Shown: one piece after another, positions 27,407 through 37,545 of the stretch
Numbering within the stretch: position 1 is the first letter of the stretch
How the letters are laid out: every line of letters begins with the position of its first letter
DNA from: a virus
Lineage: Duplodnaviria > Caudoviricetes
Length of the DNA: 64,000 nt
Reading direction: 5' to 3' (one strand)
IMG/VR virus record: IMGVR_UViG_2931642416_000001
Location: 1 to 64,000 of that record
Made by a program: the position numbers and the translations under genes
The notes under the pieces: generated by a model
The model's database searches: none
Told to the model about the DNA's origin: nothing
Seen by the model: only the letters and a program-made list of their open reading frames with translations

Positions 27407-27889
27407 GTGAAGGTCTACCTAGCGACCAGCGGGTCATACTCCGACTTCCGTGTCCAAGGAGTTTTCGCCCGCGAAGAGGATGCCGCAGCGTACGAACTCG
27501 GCGAGAGCGTCTCCGAGTACGAGCTGTGGGAAGGCCCGCAACAGGTCCGGGATTGGCACGAACTGACCTGGTACCCGGACCTGCCCGAGCCCGTGTATGA
27601 GCGGGACAGCTACTACGGCGGCACGATGAAGATGCCGAACCCGTATGAGGAAACCCTCGTCTACAACCGCCGTCACTACGACGGGGACGAGCGCCGAGTC
27701 GAGCACCACTGGAGGGACGCGGGCGGGGCTCACATCGGCTGCCTGAGAGTGTCCGGCTGGAGTCTGGAGCACATCCGCAAGGTGTTCGGGGAGCTGCGGG
27801 CCGAGTGGCTGTACTGCAAGTCGCTCGGCATGGTGTGGGACCCGAAGAAGTTCAAGTGGACGCCCGGCGAGGTGGACACCGATGTCTGA
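27407..27889 (+). CDS. Hypothetical phage protein
   Basis: MKVYLATSGSYSDFRVQGVF motif; GGAGG RBS. Confidence 0.6.
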   Translation: MKVYLATSGSYSDFRVQGVFAREEDAAAYELGESVSEYELWEGPQQVRDWHELTWYPDLPEPVYERDSYYGGTMKMPNPYEETLVYNRRHYDGDERRVEHHWRDAGGAHIGCLRVSGWSLEHIRKVFGELRAEWLYCKSLGMVWDPKKFKWTPGEVDTDV

Positions 27890-28271
27890 CCTGCTCTCCT
27901 GGTTGAAGGCCACGATAGAGGGCGACAAGGCAGCAGCCGAGAAGGCGCAGCCGGGCCCCTGGCACATCGGCAAGGCGGTCGATCCGACCAGGCCGTGCAA
28001 CGTGCACACCTTCCCCGGCGCGCGTGGAGTGGCTGACGAACTGCTGTGGCTCGATGCCGAGCACGTCGTTCGCCACGACCCCAGGGACACGATCGCCCGC
28101 TGCACGGCAGAACTGGCGCTGCTCGACGAGCACGCCGAAGCGAAGGCGCACTACGACAAGCACCTGTCAGCGCCAGCAGGGGAGCTATACGGCCTCTACT
28201 CGGCGATCAAGTGGCTGGCTTCCGGCTACCGCCATCGCGAAGGCTTCAACCCTGAGTGGCTGCGCGAATGA
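27882..28271 (+). CDS. DUF6221-like protein
   Basis: HVVRHDPRDTIA...LASGYRHREGFNPEW. Confidence 0.7.
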   Translation: MSDLLSWLKATIEGDKAAAEKAQPGPWHIGKAVDPTRPCNVHTFPGARGVADELLWLDAEHVVRHDPRDTIARCTAELALLDEHAEAKAHYDKHLSAPAGELYGLYSAIKWLASGYRHREGFNPEWLRE

Positions 28272-28573
28272 GCAGGTCAGAAGCCCTAAGCAATCCTTAG
28301 ACCTCCGGGCGGGTATGAGGACACACCTACCGTGTGCGCCTTCGCTGGGAGCACCCGCCCGGAACAACCCCCCACCCTGGAGCCGGCATGGACGCCCTAC
28401 AGCTCGACCTCGCCACGCTCGTAGGCCGCCTCCAGCAGGTGCAGGACGAAGGCGGCTGGGAGCACGCCTGCCCGATCGTGTTGGACCGCATCCTCACCTG
28501 CGACCTGCCACGCCTGCGCGAGCACCTCAGCGTGGAAGCTGCCGCGCTACTCGACGCCGGCTAGTAACCCGAC

Positions 28574-28589
28574 TCGAATACCTGTTCGT
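28574..28589 (+). promoter_or_regulatory. Putative LexA (SOS) box
   Basis: TCGAAT-ACCT-GTTCGT versus actinobacterial consensus TCGAAC-N4-GTTCGA; TATCCT -10-like hexamer just upstream of ATG 28612. Confidence 0.5.
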
Positions 28590-28611
28590 CCTGCTGGGTA
28601 TCCTCGCTTCC

Positions 28612-28842
28612 ATGCCGCCCGTCGTGAAACTCCCAGCTCACCCCGCTGGAGCAGGTCACATCCTGGCGTGGCGGCAACGCGCCGACCGGACGTGGGAAGC
28701 ACTGGTCGAGTACGTGATCGACGCGCCTGGTTTCCGCGGCGGCCTACAGAAACCCGCACAGTCATGGATGCCGGCACGCGAGGTCCAGCCCGTACAGGGC
28801 GAGGACTACAGCAGAGTGCCACGCACTAGGCAAGACGAATGA
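28612..28842 (+). CDS. Small hypothetical protein, possibly SOS-induced
   Basis: WRQRADRTWEALVEY...EDYSRVP. Confidence 0.55.
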   Translation: MPPVVKLPAHPAGAGHILAWRQRADRTWEALVEYVIDAPGFRGGLQKPAQSWMPAREVQPVQGEDYSRVPRTRQDE

Positions 28843-28856
28843 CAGACCCGCTCTGC

Positions 28857-29393
28857 TCAGGAATCACCTTGAAGGTTCCGGTAACGGGCCCATCCTTCCT
28901 TCATCTCAGCACGCGTCCTGAGCCCCGTCCGCGCTTGTATTCGCGCCATGTACGTGTGAACAGTGGACAGAGTAACCTCAAGCCGCCGAGCGATCTGGCG
29001 GTCCGTGAGGCCCTGCACCACAAGATCCATACAGTCCTGCTCGCGCGGCGACAAGGTTCCCCACGTCTTATCAAGCTCGCCTCGAATACGTCCCAGTGAC
29101 TCAGCAGCCGCAACGAGATCTTGCACTGCGTCCTGCCGCTCAGCCGCATCCAATTCCGGCGACACCACCTGATCGGCAAGGGTCGCCACCTGCTCCTCCT
29201 GCTTGGCTTCCACGGCAGCGAGGTCGATCTGTCCGCCAGGGAATTGCAGAGAGCTGACGCGGTCGATCAAACGCCCGAAGGCATCCCTGTGCCTCCGCAT
29301 GACCAGCCACACCGCCAGGACGACAGCTACTGGCCACGCCACGGCGCCGACCAGGCCGGCAATGGCCTCGATCAACTTCGCCCAATCCGCCAC
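28857..29393 (-). CDS. Membrane-anchored LuxR-type HTH protein
   Basis: N-terminal TM helix; LSPREQDCMDLVVQGLTDRQIARRLEVTLSTVHTYMARI. Confidence 0.75.
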   Translation of the reverse strand: MADWAKLIEAIAGLVGAVAWPVAVVLAVWLVMRRHRDAFGRLIDRVSSLQFPGGQIDLAAVEAKQEEQVATLADQVVSPELDAAERQDAVQDLVAAAESLGRIRGELDKTWGTLSPREQDCMDLVVQGLTDRQIARRLEVTLSTVHTYMARIQARTGLRTRAEMKEGWARYRNLQGDS

Positions 29394-29949
29394 ACGCCGA
29401 TACTGCCTGGCCCGTCAGGCTGCCGGTAGGGCTGTGGCTTGACCGTGACATCAAGAACCCTGCGGCTGATCCCCGCAGGTTAGACGGCCCCGAGCTCCCC
29501 GGACTCGGGGCCGTCGCCACACCTCACGTCAGAGCGAAGATGACCTTCTCCTGGTGAATGGTGCAGTGGTAGGACCGCAGGGGGCCGAACACGCCCACGA
29601 ACGGCCCGCCCATCGGCAACTCCCTCGCGGGCACGACCCCCTCATCCACGAGGCCGTCGGTGTGGAACCCGGACGAGCAGCACCAGATCCCATCCAGGTT
29701 GGAGCTGGTCATCGGGTTGAGTGACCGGCGCTTGAGCAGGGTTACACCGTGTCGGATCATCGTCGAATCTCCTTCCGGGAGGGTGGCTAGCAGCACTGGA
29801 TTGTGCATGCCGCCGGCGCTACTGTCCCCTCCTGCCGGTTTCGTCACTCTCGGTACAAGTCGGCACCCTCTGGATACCTACTCTGCGTAACGACAGCAGG
29901 AGCGTCTGACCCAGAACCCGCCTCGACGACTTGAACCCTTGGAGGCGAC

Positions 29950-30495
29950 ATGGGGCGGCAAGCCCGCAAATGCAAGGGCCGCAAGACCAACGGCGAACCC
30001 TGCAACAACTACGCCATCACCGGCGGCATGGTGTGCCACGCTCATGGCGGACGCGCCAAGCAGGTGAAGGCGAAGGCGGCCGAGAGGGTAGCGGAGGAGA
30101 AGGTGCGCGCCGCTCTGGCCCGCATGGATGTGGACCCGATCACCGACCCGCTGTCGGAACTGTCGAAGATCGCAGGCCAGGTCGTCGCCTGGAAGGACAC
30201 GATCGCCGGCACCGTCAACGAGCTCACCAGCCTCCGCTACTCGACCGAGGGCGGGGAACAGCTCCGGGCCGAGGTCGCCTTGTTCGAGCGGGCGCTGGAC
30301 CGGTGCGAGAAGTTCCTGTCGTCCATGGCCCGGCTCAACATCGACGAGCGTCTGGCCCGCATCTCCGAACGGCAGGCCGACATCATCATCAAGGCGATCA
30401 CCGCGACCCTCGCCGAGCGAGGCTTGTCGGTGGAGGAGCAGGCGGAGGCGCGGCGTGACGTTGCTCGTAGACTCCGCGTTGCGTCGAGCGGCTGA
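29950..30495 (+). CDS. terS: Terminase small subunit (HGGxSTG-like)
   Basis: CKGRKTNGEPC...CHAHGG; directly upstream of TerL. Confidence 0.75.
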   Translation: MGRQARKCKGRKTNGEPCNNYAITGGMVCHAHGGRAKQVKAKAAERVAEEKVRAALARMDVDPITDPLSELSKIAGQVVAWKDTIAGTVNELTSLRYSTEGGEQLRAEVALFERALDRCEKFLSSMARLNIDERLARISERQADIIIKAITATLAERGLSVEEQAEARRDVARRLRVASSG

Positions 30496-31906
30496 CGCCC
30501 TCGACGAGGCCGGCCAGCCGAGCCCGTACCTGAACGACCCGGTCGGCTGGGTTAAGGAACGGCTCGGCGGCCACCTGTGGTCCAAGCAGCGCGACATCGC
30601 CGAGAGCATCGTCCACCACCGCCGCACCGCAGTGAAGTCCTGCCACAACGCCGGCAAGAGCTTCCTCGCGGCGCAGATCGCCTGCTGGTGGATCGACGTC
30701 CACCCGCCCGGCGAAGCGTTCATTGTCTCCACCGCCCCGACCTACGCGCAGGTGCACGCCATCCTGTGGGAGGAGATCCGCAAGGCGGCGAAGAACCCGG
30801 CCGGCGACCCTCTCCCGGGCCGGGTGCTGCAGTCGGATGAGTGGAAGCTCGAAGACGGCACCCTGGTGGGGTGGGGCCGCAAGCCTGCGGACCAGGACCA
30901 GCACGGATTCCAGGGCATCCACCGCCGCTACGTCCTGGTCATCCTCGACGAGGCGTGCGGCATCCCCGAACAACTCTGGGTCGCCGTAGAAGCGATCACC
31001 ACAGGTGCCGACTGCCGGATCCTGGCGATCGGTAACCCGGACGACCCGAACACGGAGTTCGGCAACGTGTGCCGGCCCGGCTCCGGCTGGAACACGATCC
31101 GCATCTCCGGGTTCGACACCCCAAACTTCACCAACGAGCCCTTCCCCGAGCACCTGCGACCACTCATGCTGTCGCCGGAGTGGGTGGAGGACAAACGGCG
31201 CCGCTGGGGCGAAACCTCGCCCCGGTACACGGCCAAGGTGCTGGGCGAGTTCCCCGAGGTCGGCGACGACACGCTGATCTCGCCGCGCTGGATCGAGGCC
31301 GCCCAGCAGCGGACGCTCAACCCGGGCCCGGTGAACGTGCTCGGCGTGGACGTGGCCCGCTTCGGCTCCGACCGGTCGGTGTTCTGCCTCGCTCGCGGCC
31401 CTGTCGCTCGCATCATTGGCGACCACGCACACGCCCGCACCACGGAGACGACTGGCAAGGTCATCGCCGCCAAGCGCGAGCACCAGGTGCACGAGATCCG
31501 CGTGGACGGTGTCGGCGTTGGCTCCGGTGTCGTCGACGAACTCTTGGAAGCAGGGCACGACGTCCTGGACATGCAGTCCGGTGCCGGCGCCATGGATCGG
31601 GAGCACTTCGCCAACGCCCGCGCCGAATGGTGGTGGGGGCTGCGCGAACGGTTCGAGCAGGGTGACATCGACCTCGACCCCGAAGACGACGAGCTCGCCG
31701 CACAGCTTGGGACGCTCAAGTACAAGTACACGGCCCGCGGCCAAGTCCTCATCGAGTCGAAAGACGACATGAAGAAGCGCGGCCTGCCCTCCCCGGACCG
31801 GGCCGACTCGGTGATGCTCGCCTACGCCCACGTACCTCCGCCTGACGAGATCGTCGACGGCGACGAACTCGACGACGAACTGGCGCTGAGCATCAGCCCG
31901 TACTGA
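30455..31906 (+). CDS. terL: Terminase large subunit
   Basis: Walker A SCHNAGKS, Walker B VILDEA, GNP, RNase H-like GVDVARFGSD, SPDRAD. Confidence 0.92.
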   Translation: MTLLVDSALRRAADALDEAGQPSPYLNDPVGWVKERLGGHLWSKQRDIAESIVHHRRTAVKSCHNAGKSFLAAQIACWWIDVHPPGEAFIVSTAPTYAQVHAILWEEIRKAAKNPAGDPLPGRVLQSDEWKLEDGTLVGWGRKPADQDQHGFQGIHRRYVLVILDEACGIPEQLWVAVEAITTGADCRILAIGNPDDPNTEFGNVCRPGSGWNTIRISGFDTPNFTNEPFPEHLRPLMLSPEWVEDKRRRWGETSPRYTAKVLGEFPEVGDDTLISPRWIEAAQQRTLNPGPVNVLGVDVARFGSDRSVFCLARGPVARIIGDHAHARTTETTGKVIAAKREHQVHEIRVDGVGVGSGVVDELLEAGHDVLDMQSGAGAMDREHFANARAEWWWGLRERFEQGDIDLDPEDDELAAQLGTLKYKYTARGQVLIESKDDMKKRGLPSPDRADSVMLAYAHVPPPDEIVDGDELDDELALSISPY

Positions 31907-31922
31907 GCTGAGGGAGGCCGCC

Positions 31923-33626
31923 GTGGGTATCGCCTCCCGACTCCAGGAGACCTTCTACCGGGTGACCGGCCGGACCGAACTGGCCGAGGTCGTCAAGGCC
32001 GAACGGCAGATGGTCGCCCACCTGCAAGAGTCGATCGCCGACCTTGAGGCCCGCATGTACGAGCCGGGGTGGCAGCGGCTCACCGCCACGGTGGAGGAGG
32101 AGTTCTCCCGGGGCGGGCTGGAGCAGATCACAGCGGTGTGCCGCATCATGACGATCAAGTCGCCGCTTCTCCGCCGCGGCCTGTCGCTCCGCACGGGCTA
32201 CGTGTGGGGGCAGGGCGTCCAGATCAGCGCCCGCGCCACGGGGGAGCAGGGGCAGGACGTCAATAGCGTCGTTCAGCGCTTTTTGGACGATCCCGGGAAC
32301 CGGCGCACGCTGACCGGCGACCAGGCGCACGAAGAGCTGGAACGGGCCCTCTATAGCGACGGCAACGTGTTTCTCGCCCTGTTCACCAGCCCGCGCACTG
32401 GACGGGTGCAGGTGCGGACGCTGCCTTGGGACGAGATCACAGACGTCATCTGCAACCCCGAAGACCGCAGCGAGCCCTGGTTCTACCGGCGCGAGTGGTG
32501 GCAGGACGTCCGCACCGACTCCGGCGTGATCCAGGAGAGGCGCGTCGCCTACTACCCAGCGCTCGGCTACAACCCGCCCCTCAAGCCGCGACGGCTGACG
32601 TTCCCCTACTACGGGGACAACCAGCTCGCCGAAGTGCTGTGGGACGCCCCCGTCTACCACGTGCGCGTCAACGCACAACTCGGCTGGAAGTTCGGGGTGC
32701 CCGACTCGTACGCCGCGGTCGACTGGGCGCAGGCGTACAAGTCGTTCTTGGAGGACTGGGCGACCCTCATCAAGGCGTTGTCACGGTTCGCCTGGCGCCT
32801 CACAAGCAAGGGCAGCAAGCAGGCCGCGGCCCGCGCCCGCATCGCACAAGCTCCAGCCACCGACCGCTACAGCGGAGATCCGCAGCGCGCCGGCGCCACG
32901 GCGTTGATGACGCCCGACATGAGCCTAGAAGCGATCCCCAAGAGCGGGGCAACGATCGACTCCGAGTCAGGCCGGCCTCTCGCCGCCATGGTTGCCGCCG
33001 CCCTCGACGTGCCGGTGACGATGCTGCTCGGCGACCCCGGCACCACCGGCGCCAGGGCGACGGCGGAAACGCTGGACACCCCCACCGAGCGAAGCATGGA
33101 GCTGCGCCGCTCCGTGTGGGCGGAAGCGTACCGGCGCATCCTCGACCACGTCATCGACCAGGCCGTCAAGGCTCCGCAAGGTGCCCTCAAGGGCAAGGTC
33201 GTGCGGGACGACGACAACATCGAGACCGTCGAGCTCGCCCAGGACACCGACCGGACGGTGGACATCTCGTTCCCCGACATCGACGACCTCGACCCCGGCG
33301 TCATCATCGACTCGATCACCAAGGCAGACGGCACTGGCTACCTGCCGCCCCTCGTTGTCGTACGCCTCCTCCTGGAAGCGCTCGGCGTGAGGGACGTCGA
33401 GTCCATCCTCGAAGCGCTGACCGACGAGGAAGGCAACTTCCGGCCCCCTGAAGGATTAGCGAAGGGTGCCGGCCAAGCTGCCATCGATGCCTTCCGTCGT
33501 GGGGAGGACCCGGCGGCGCTGCTTGCCGACCGCAAGCCAGGCCAGGCGAACGACGGGCCGGCCGATCCTGAGCAGGCCGACAAGCAGGACCAGGCCGACA
33601 CCTCTGAGGATGACGACGAGGAGTAG
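31923..33626 (+). CDS. Portal protein
   Basis: Position after TerL, 567 aa, DGNVFLAL motif, acidic tail. Confidence 0.8.
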   Translation: MGIASRLQETFYRVTGRTELAEVVKAERQMVAHLQESIADLEARMYEPGWQRLTATVEEEFSRGGLEQITAVCRIMTIKSPLLRRGLSLRTGYVWGQGVQISARATGEQGQDVNSVVQRFLDDPGNRRTLTGDQAHEELERALYSDGNVFLALFTSPRTGRVQVRTLPWDEITDVICNPEDRSEPWFYRREWWQDVRTDSGVIQERRVAYYPALGYNPPLKPRRLTFPYYGDNQLAEVLWDAPVYHVRVNAQLGWKFGVPDSYAAVDWAQAYKSFLEDWATLIKALSRFAWRLTSKGSKQAAARARIAQAPATDRYSGDPQRAGATALMTPDMSLEAIPKSGATIDSESGRPLAAMVAAALDVPVTMLLGDPGTTGARATAETLDTPTERSMELRRSVWAEAYRRILDHVIDQAVKAPQGALKGKVVRDDDNIETVELAQDTDRTVDISFPDIDDLDPGVIIDSITKADGTGYLPPLVVVRLLLEALGVRDVESILEALTDEEGNFRPPEGLAKGAGQAAIDAFRRGEDPAALLADRKPGQANDGPADPEQADKQDQADTSEDDDEE

Positions 33627-33629
33627 GCG

Positions 33630-35525
33630 ATGGCGATCACAGCAGAGACGCTGAGGATCGCCGAGCAGCTCCGCCGGCAGGTTGGCTTCATCGTGGACGG
33701 CGTCACCCGCTCCCTGACTGCTGCCTGGGTGAGGGCGTGGGATGAGGTGGTGTTCGATCTCGCCGCCGCGATCACCGAACTCCTCCAGATCGGCGACGGT
33801 CGGTGGCCGACGAGGCGGCAGATCGAGCGGACCAGCCGCGCCATGCGGGCATTGGACATCGTGGGGGCGAGCCTGGAACGCCTTGCCACCTTGACGCGCT
33901 CCCAGACCGCTACAGCAGCCGCAGAAGCCGCACGGGTGGGACTGCAGGGGCAGGGAGACCTGGTCGCCTCACAGCTCCCGTACGGGTCCACTCAAGCGCT
34001 CGCAGCCCGCTACAGGGCCCAACAGCCGGACACCATCGACGCGATCGTGCGCCGCACCGCCGAGCAGATCAACGCCGCACACTGGCCGCTCGCCGATGAG
34101 GCAACCGAGGCGATGAAGCGCGAGCTCGTGCGGGGCGTGGTGGTTGGCGACAACCCGCGCACCGCTGCGGCCCGCATGGTGAAGAACCTGGAAGGCGAGT
34201 TCAACGGCGGCCTGACCAGGGCGCTCAACCTCGCCCGCACCGAAACCCTTGATGCTCACCGGCAGGCCGCCGAGATCGGGCAGGAGCAGCACGGCGACGT
34301 CCTCGAAGGGTGGGTGTGGCATGCGGAGCTCAACTCCAGTAGGGGCCGGACCTGCCCGAGCTGCTGGGCCCTTCACGGGAAGGTCTTCCCGTTAAGCGTT
34401 CCGGGGCCGATCGATCACCAGCAAGGCCGCTGCAGCAGGACACCGAAGACCAAGAGCTGGGCGGATCTGGGATTCGACATCGACGAGCCTGACGACCTCA
34501 TCCCCGACGCCCGGCAGGTCTTCAACGACCTGCCCGAGTCGGAGCAGGTCGCCATCATGGGCCGCCGCCGCCTCGACCTGCTCACGTCCGGCGACATCAG
34601 CTGGGACGACCTGTCCGAGCTGCGTACCACCGATGGATGGCGGGACTCGTACGGGGTGCGATCGGTCAAGGATCTGGAGCGCATCGCCTCCGGTCGCCAG
34701 CCGGAACCGCAGACACACGTCACGCCTCGACCGGCACCGCAGCCCGCGCCGGCCCCCGCTTCTGAACCCATGCGGGCAGTGCCGGAGGATGCGCAGCCCT
34801 ACCACCGGACGCTCGACGGCATCGAAGACCTCGCCGACCTCGTCGAAAGCGGCCCGCCAGACGACCGGAGGCCGCTTGGCGGCGGAGCAGTCGCCGAGGT
34901 CGAACTACTCACCTATCCCGACGGCCGCCAGGTGGTCCGCAAAACGGCACGGCCCGGCTCAGGCGGAACGCAGGAGGCGGCGAGCGAGCAGCTCGCCAGC
35001 CTGGTTGCCCGCACGCTGGGCTTGCCGGCGCCGGGCGTCTACCGCAACTCCGACGACGCCATCTTCATGGAGTACGTCGCCGGCAAGACAGCTCAGGAGA
35101 TCATGGGCTGGGGCGGCGACCTCACCCCGGACCTTCGGGCGGCGATCGACAGCAACGAGGGCGCCCTTCTCGGCCTCTTCGACGTGCTGATCTTCAACTG
35201 GGACCGCAACGCCGGCAACTGGCTGCTCGACGACCGGGGCCGTCTGGTGCCGATCGATCACGGTGTCGCCTGGACCGAGATGCCGTCCGAAAGCGTCGAG
35301 AGCCTGCTGGAGTACATCCAGTCGCCGTTCGCCGACCGGGTGACGGGTGACACCAACCCGTTCACGAAGGCAGACATCGCCGAAGTCAGGCAACGCCTCG
35401 AAGGGCTGAGGGCCGACTTCGACCACCTCGGCCACGGCTCCTGGATCGACTACGGGATGCAAGTCCTCGACCTGCTCGCCGACCGTGCACGAGGGCGCCG
35501 GAACCTGATCGCGAAGGTACGGTGA
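33630..35525 (+). CDS. MuF (gp7-like) minor head protein fused to a C-terminal HipA/PI3-PI4 kinase-like domain
   Basis: MuF: ARTE..., RTCPSCWALHG, DHQQGRCS. Pro-rich linker. Kinase motifs GGGAVAEV, VVRK, SEQLAS, NWDRNAGNWLL, PIDHG. Confidence 0.8.
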   Translation: MAITAETLRIAEQLRRQVGFIVDGVTRSLTAAWVRAWDEVVFDLAAAITELLQIGDGRWPTRRQIERTSRAMRALDIVGASLERLATLTRSQTATAAAEAARVGLQGQGDLVASQLPYGSTQALAARYRAQQPDTIDAIVRRTAEQINAAHWPLADEATEAMKRELVRGVVVGDNPRTAAARMVKNLEGEFNGGLTRALNLARTETLDAHRQAAEIGQEQHGDVLEGWVWHAELNSSRGRTCPSCWALHGKVFPLSVPGPIDHQQGRCSRTPKTKSWADLGFDIDEPDDLIPDARQVFNDLPESEQVAIMGRRRLDLLTSGDISWDDLSELRTTDGWRDSYGVRSVKDLERIASGRQPEPQTHVTPRPAPQPAPAPASEPMRAVPEDAQPYHRTLDGIEDLADLVESGPPDDRRPLGGGAVAEVELLTYPDGRQVVRKTARPGSGGTQEAASEQLASLVARTLGLPAPGVYRNSDDAIFMEYVAGKTAQEIMGWGGDLTPDLRAAIDSNEGALLGLFDVLIFNWDRNAGNWLLDDRGRLVPIDHGVAWTEMPSESVESLLEYIQSPFADRVTGDTNPFTKADIAEVRQRLEGLRADFDHLGHGSWIDYGMQVLDLLADRARGRRNLIAKVR

Positions 35526-35529
35526 CGTC

Positions 35530-35751
35530 GTGGCCGTCGTGGTGAACATCGTCAGCGTGCGGGACGGGCAGCTCGTCTCCCGCGCGACCTTGGCCGATGA
35601 CGGAACCGTCACCTACCAGGGCGACGCCGCCCGGTCCGCTGTGCGCCGCTGGCTGCTCGCGAACCGTGGCCGCACCGAGGCCGACGCCATCCGTGCTCTC
35701 GCCGTCGACGGGTGGTCCAACGGCTACCTCATGGTGCAGCGCGACCAGTAG
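35530..35751 (+). CDS. Small protein after MuF-kinase (candidate immunity protein)
   Basis: 73 aa, immediately downstream; ends GWSNGYL. Confidence 0.55.
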   Translation: MAVVVNIVSVRDGQLVSRATLADDGTVTYQGDAARSAVRRWLLANRGRTEADAIRALAVDGWSNGYLMVQRDQ

Positions 35752-35920
35752 ACCGCACCCTCCCTGACCTCTCGGCTGTCCCGTTCGCGCCCTCTCAGCT
35801 GCCCGGATGGAGGCTGATTGCGCCCTACGGGCCGCGTTGGCGTCGCGGTGTAGGGCGGGGAGCTAGCCAGCCCGCAGCGGCGGGACGGCCGACCTCTATC
35901 CATCCCGCTCGGAGGACCTG

Positions 35921-36073
35921 ATGTCCGTGCCCGAACTCCTGACCATCATCGCCGCCCTGTGTCTGCTCGCCGCAGCCATCTACGCCGCCGTCCACAAGGC
36001 GTGGATTGCCGCGCTCGTGTGCACAGCCGGAACCCTGCTCGTCTTCGCCGGCTTCCTGCCTGACATCACCTGA
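35921..36073 (+). CDS. 50-aa two-TM membrane protein
   Basis: GGAGG RBS; MSVPELLTIIAALCLLAAAIYAAVHKAWIAALVCTAGTLLVFAGFLPDIT. Confidence 0.6.
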   Translation: MSVPELLTIIAALCLLAAAIYAAVHKAWIAALVCTAGTLLVFAGFLPDIT

Positions 36074-36086
36074 CCTGGAGGTCACC

Positions 36087-37544
36087 ATGCCCGATCAGCA
36101 GGCGCTCACCGAGCGCGTGTCGCTCGCTGAGGCCGCCGGAGGGCAGGCCCCGAAGGGGCGCCGCTTCCGGGCACGCATCATCCAGGGCGACATCCAGGGC
36201 TCCAGCGGCTTCTATCCAGCGGAGATGCTCAAGCGGGACGCTGCAGTGTTCCGCGAGGGCCTGCCGGTATTTCTCGACCATCCGGGCGCCACCGAGTCCT
36301 ACGACCGGCCTGAGCGGTCAGTCAGGGACCTCGCCGGCAAGCTCGCCTCTACCGCCGTGTACGAGCGGGACGGCCTGTATGCGGACGTCGAGGTGTACCC
36401 GCACTGGGCTCCGGTGGTTGAGGCCATGGCCGGCGACATCGGCATGAGCATCCGAGCCTCCGGGACGGTCGAGGCGTCGAAGGACGAGTCGATTCGTGGG
36501 CCGATCGTCACGTCGCTGACCGAGGCCGCGTCCGTGGACTTCGTGACCGCGGCTGGCGCTGGAGGGAAGGTCGTCGCTCTCCTGGAGTCCGCGAGGGCCC
36601 AGTCAGGAGACCTGCTCCGCAAGGCCACCGAAGCGCGTCCCTTCTCGGGCAGCCCCAGCGGCGGCGACATCCTTTCCTGGCGGGAGCAGCGCGCCCTCAC
36701 CGAGGCGGCCAACGTCGGAGCGTGGCTCGAATCCCGCATCCACAGCATGTTCACCCAGCTCGCCGACGACATGTACGGCGACGGGCGCCTGACACGAGAA
36801 GAGCGCATCACCTGCTCCTCCGCGATCGGCGACGCCCTGGCCGCGTTCACCTCCCGCATCGAGGCCGACGCCGCCCACCTCTACCAGCGCGACCCGTGGC
36901 GAGAGCCCGAGGCCGTGCCTGCCGAAGTCGCTGAGACTACGGCCCCTGACGTACCGGCGCCGCCGGTCACCACCCTGAAGGAGGTAGCCCCCGTGAGCGG
37001 AGGCACCGCACAGGGCACGCCGAACGGCGGCCCGATCGACCTGAGCGAGGCGGCAGAACTGCGCACCGCCCTCGCCGAGACCAAGCAGAAGCTCGCCGAG
37101 GCCGAGCTGGAGATCGCCAAGTTGGGCGACCAGTCGCGTGAGCTGGCCGAGACCAAGGCGAAGCTGGAGGAGTCCACGCGGGAGAACCTGCGGCTCAAGG
37201 CCAACGACGCCGCTCGCGCCAAGACCGCGGAGACCCTGGCCGAGTCGACACTGCCTGAGACGGCGCATGAGCGCGTCATCGAGGCCGTTACCGGCAAGAA
37301 CCTGCCCCTCAACGACGAGGGTGCTCTGGACGAGGCCGCGTTGGTCCGCAACATCAAGGCCGCGATCGAGTCCGAGCGCGCTTACCTGACCCGATTCGCT
37401 GAGGCGGCTGGCATCGGTCAGGTCCGCGGGCTCGGCGAGAGTGGCACCCCGCGGGTCAACGTGGAGTCCGAGCTGAACGACATCTTCGTGTCGCTCGGCA
37501 TGAGCGAGAGTGCGGCCTCCGTCGCCGCGAAGGGGCGTGGCTGA
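36087..37544 (+). CDS. Capsid maturation protease / scaffold fusion
   Basis: FLDHP, IGMSIRA, SVDFVTAAGAGG; C-terminal coiled coil. Confidence 0.75.
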   Translation: MPDQQALTERVSLAEAAGGQAPKGRRFRARIIQGDIQGSSGFYPAEMLKRDAAVFREGLPVFLDHPGATESYDRPERSVRDLAGKLASTAVYERDGLYADVEVYPHWAPVVEAMAGDIGMSIRASGTVEASKDESIRGPIVTSLTEAASVDFVTAAGAGGKVVALLESARAQSGDLLRKATEARPFSGSPSGGDILSWREQRALTEAANVGAWLESRIHSMFTQLADDMYGDGRLTREERITCSSAIGDALAAFTSRIEADAAHLYQRDPWREPEAVPAEVAETTAPDVPAPPVTTLKEVAPVSGGTAQGTPNGGPIDLSEAAELRTALAETKQKLAEAELEIAKLGDQSRELAETKAKLEESTRENLRLKANDAARAKTAETLAESTLPETAHERVIEAVTGKNLPLNDEGALDEAALVRNIKAAIESERAYLTRFAEAAGIGQVRGLGESGTPRVNVESELNDIFVSLGMSESAASVAAKGRG

Positions 37545-37545
37545 C

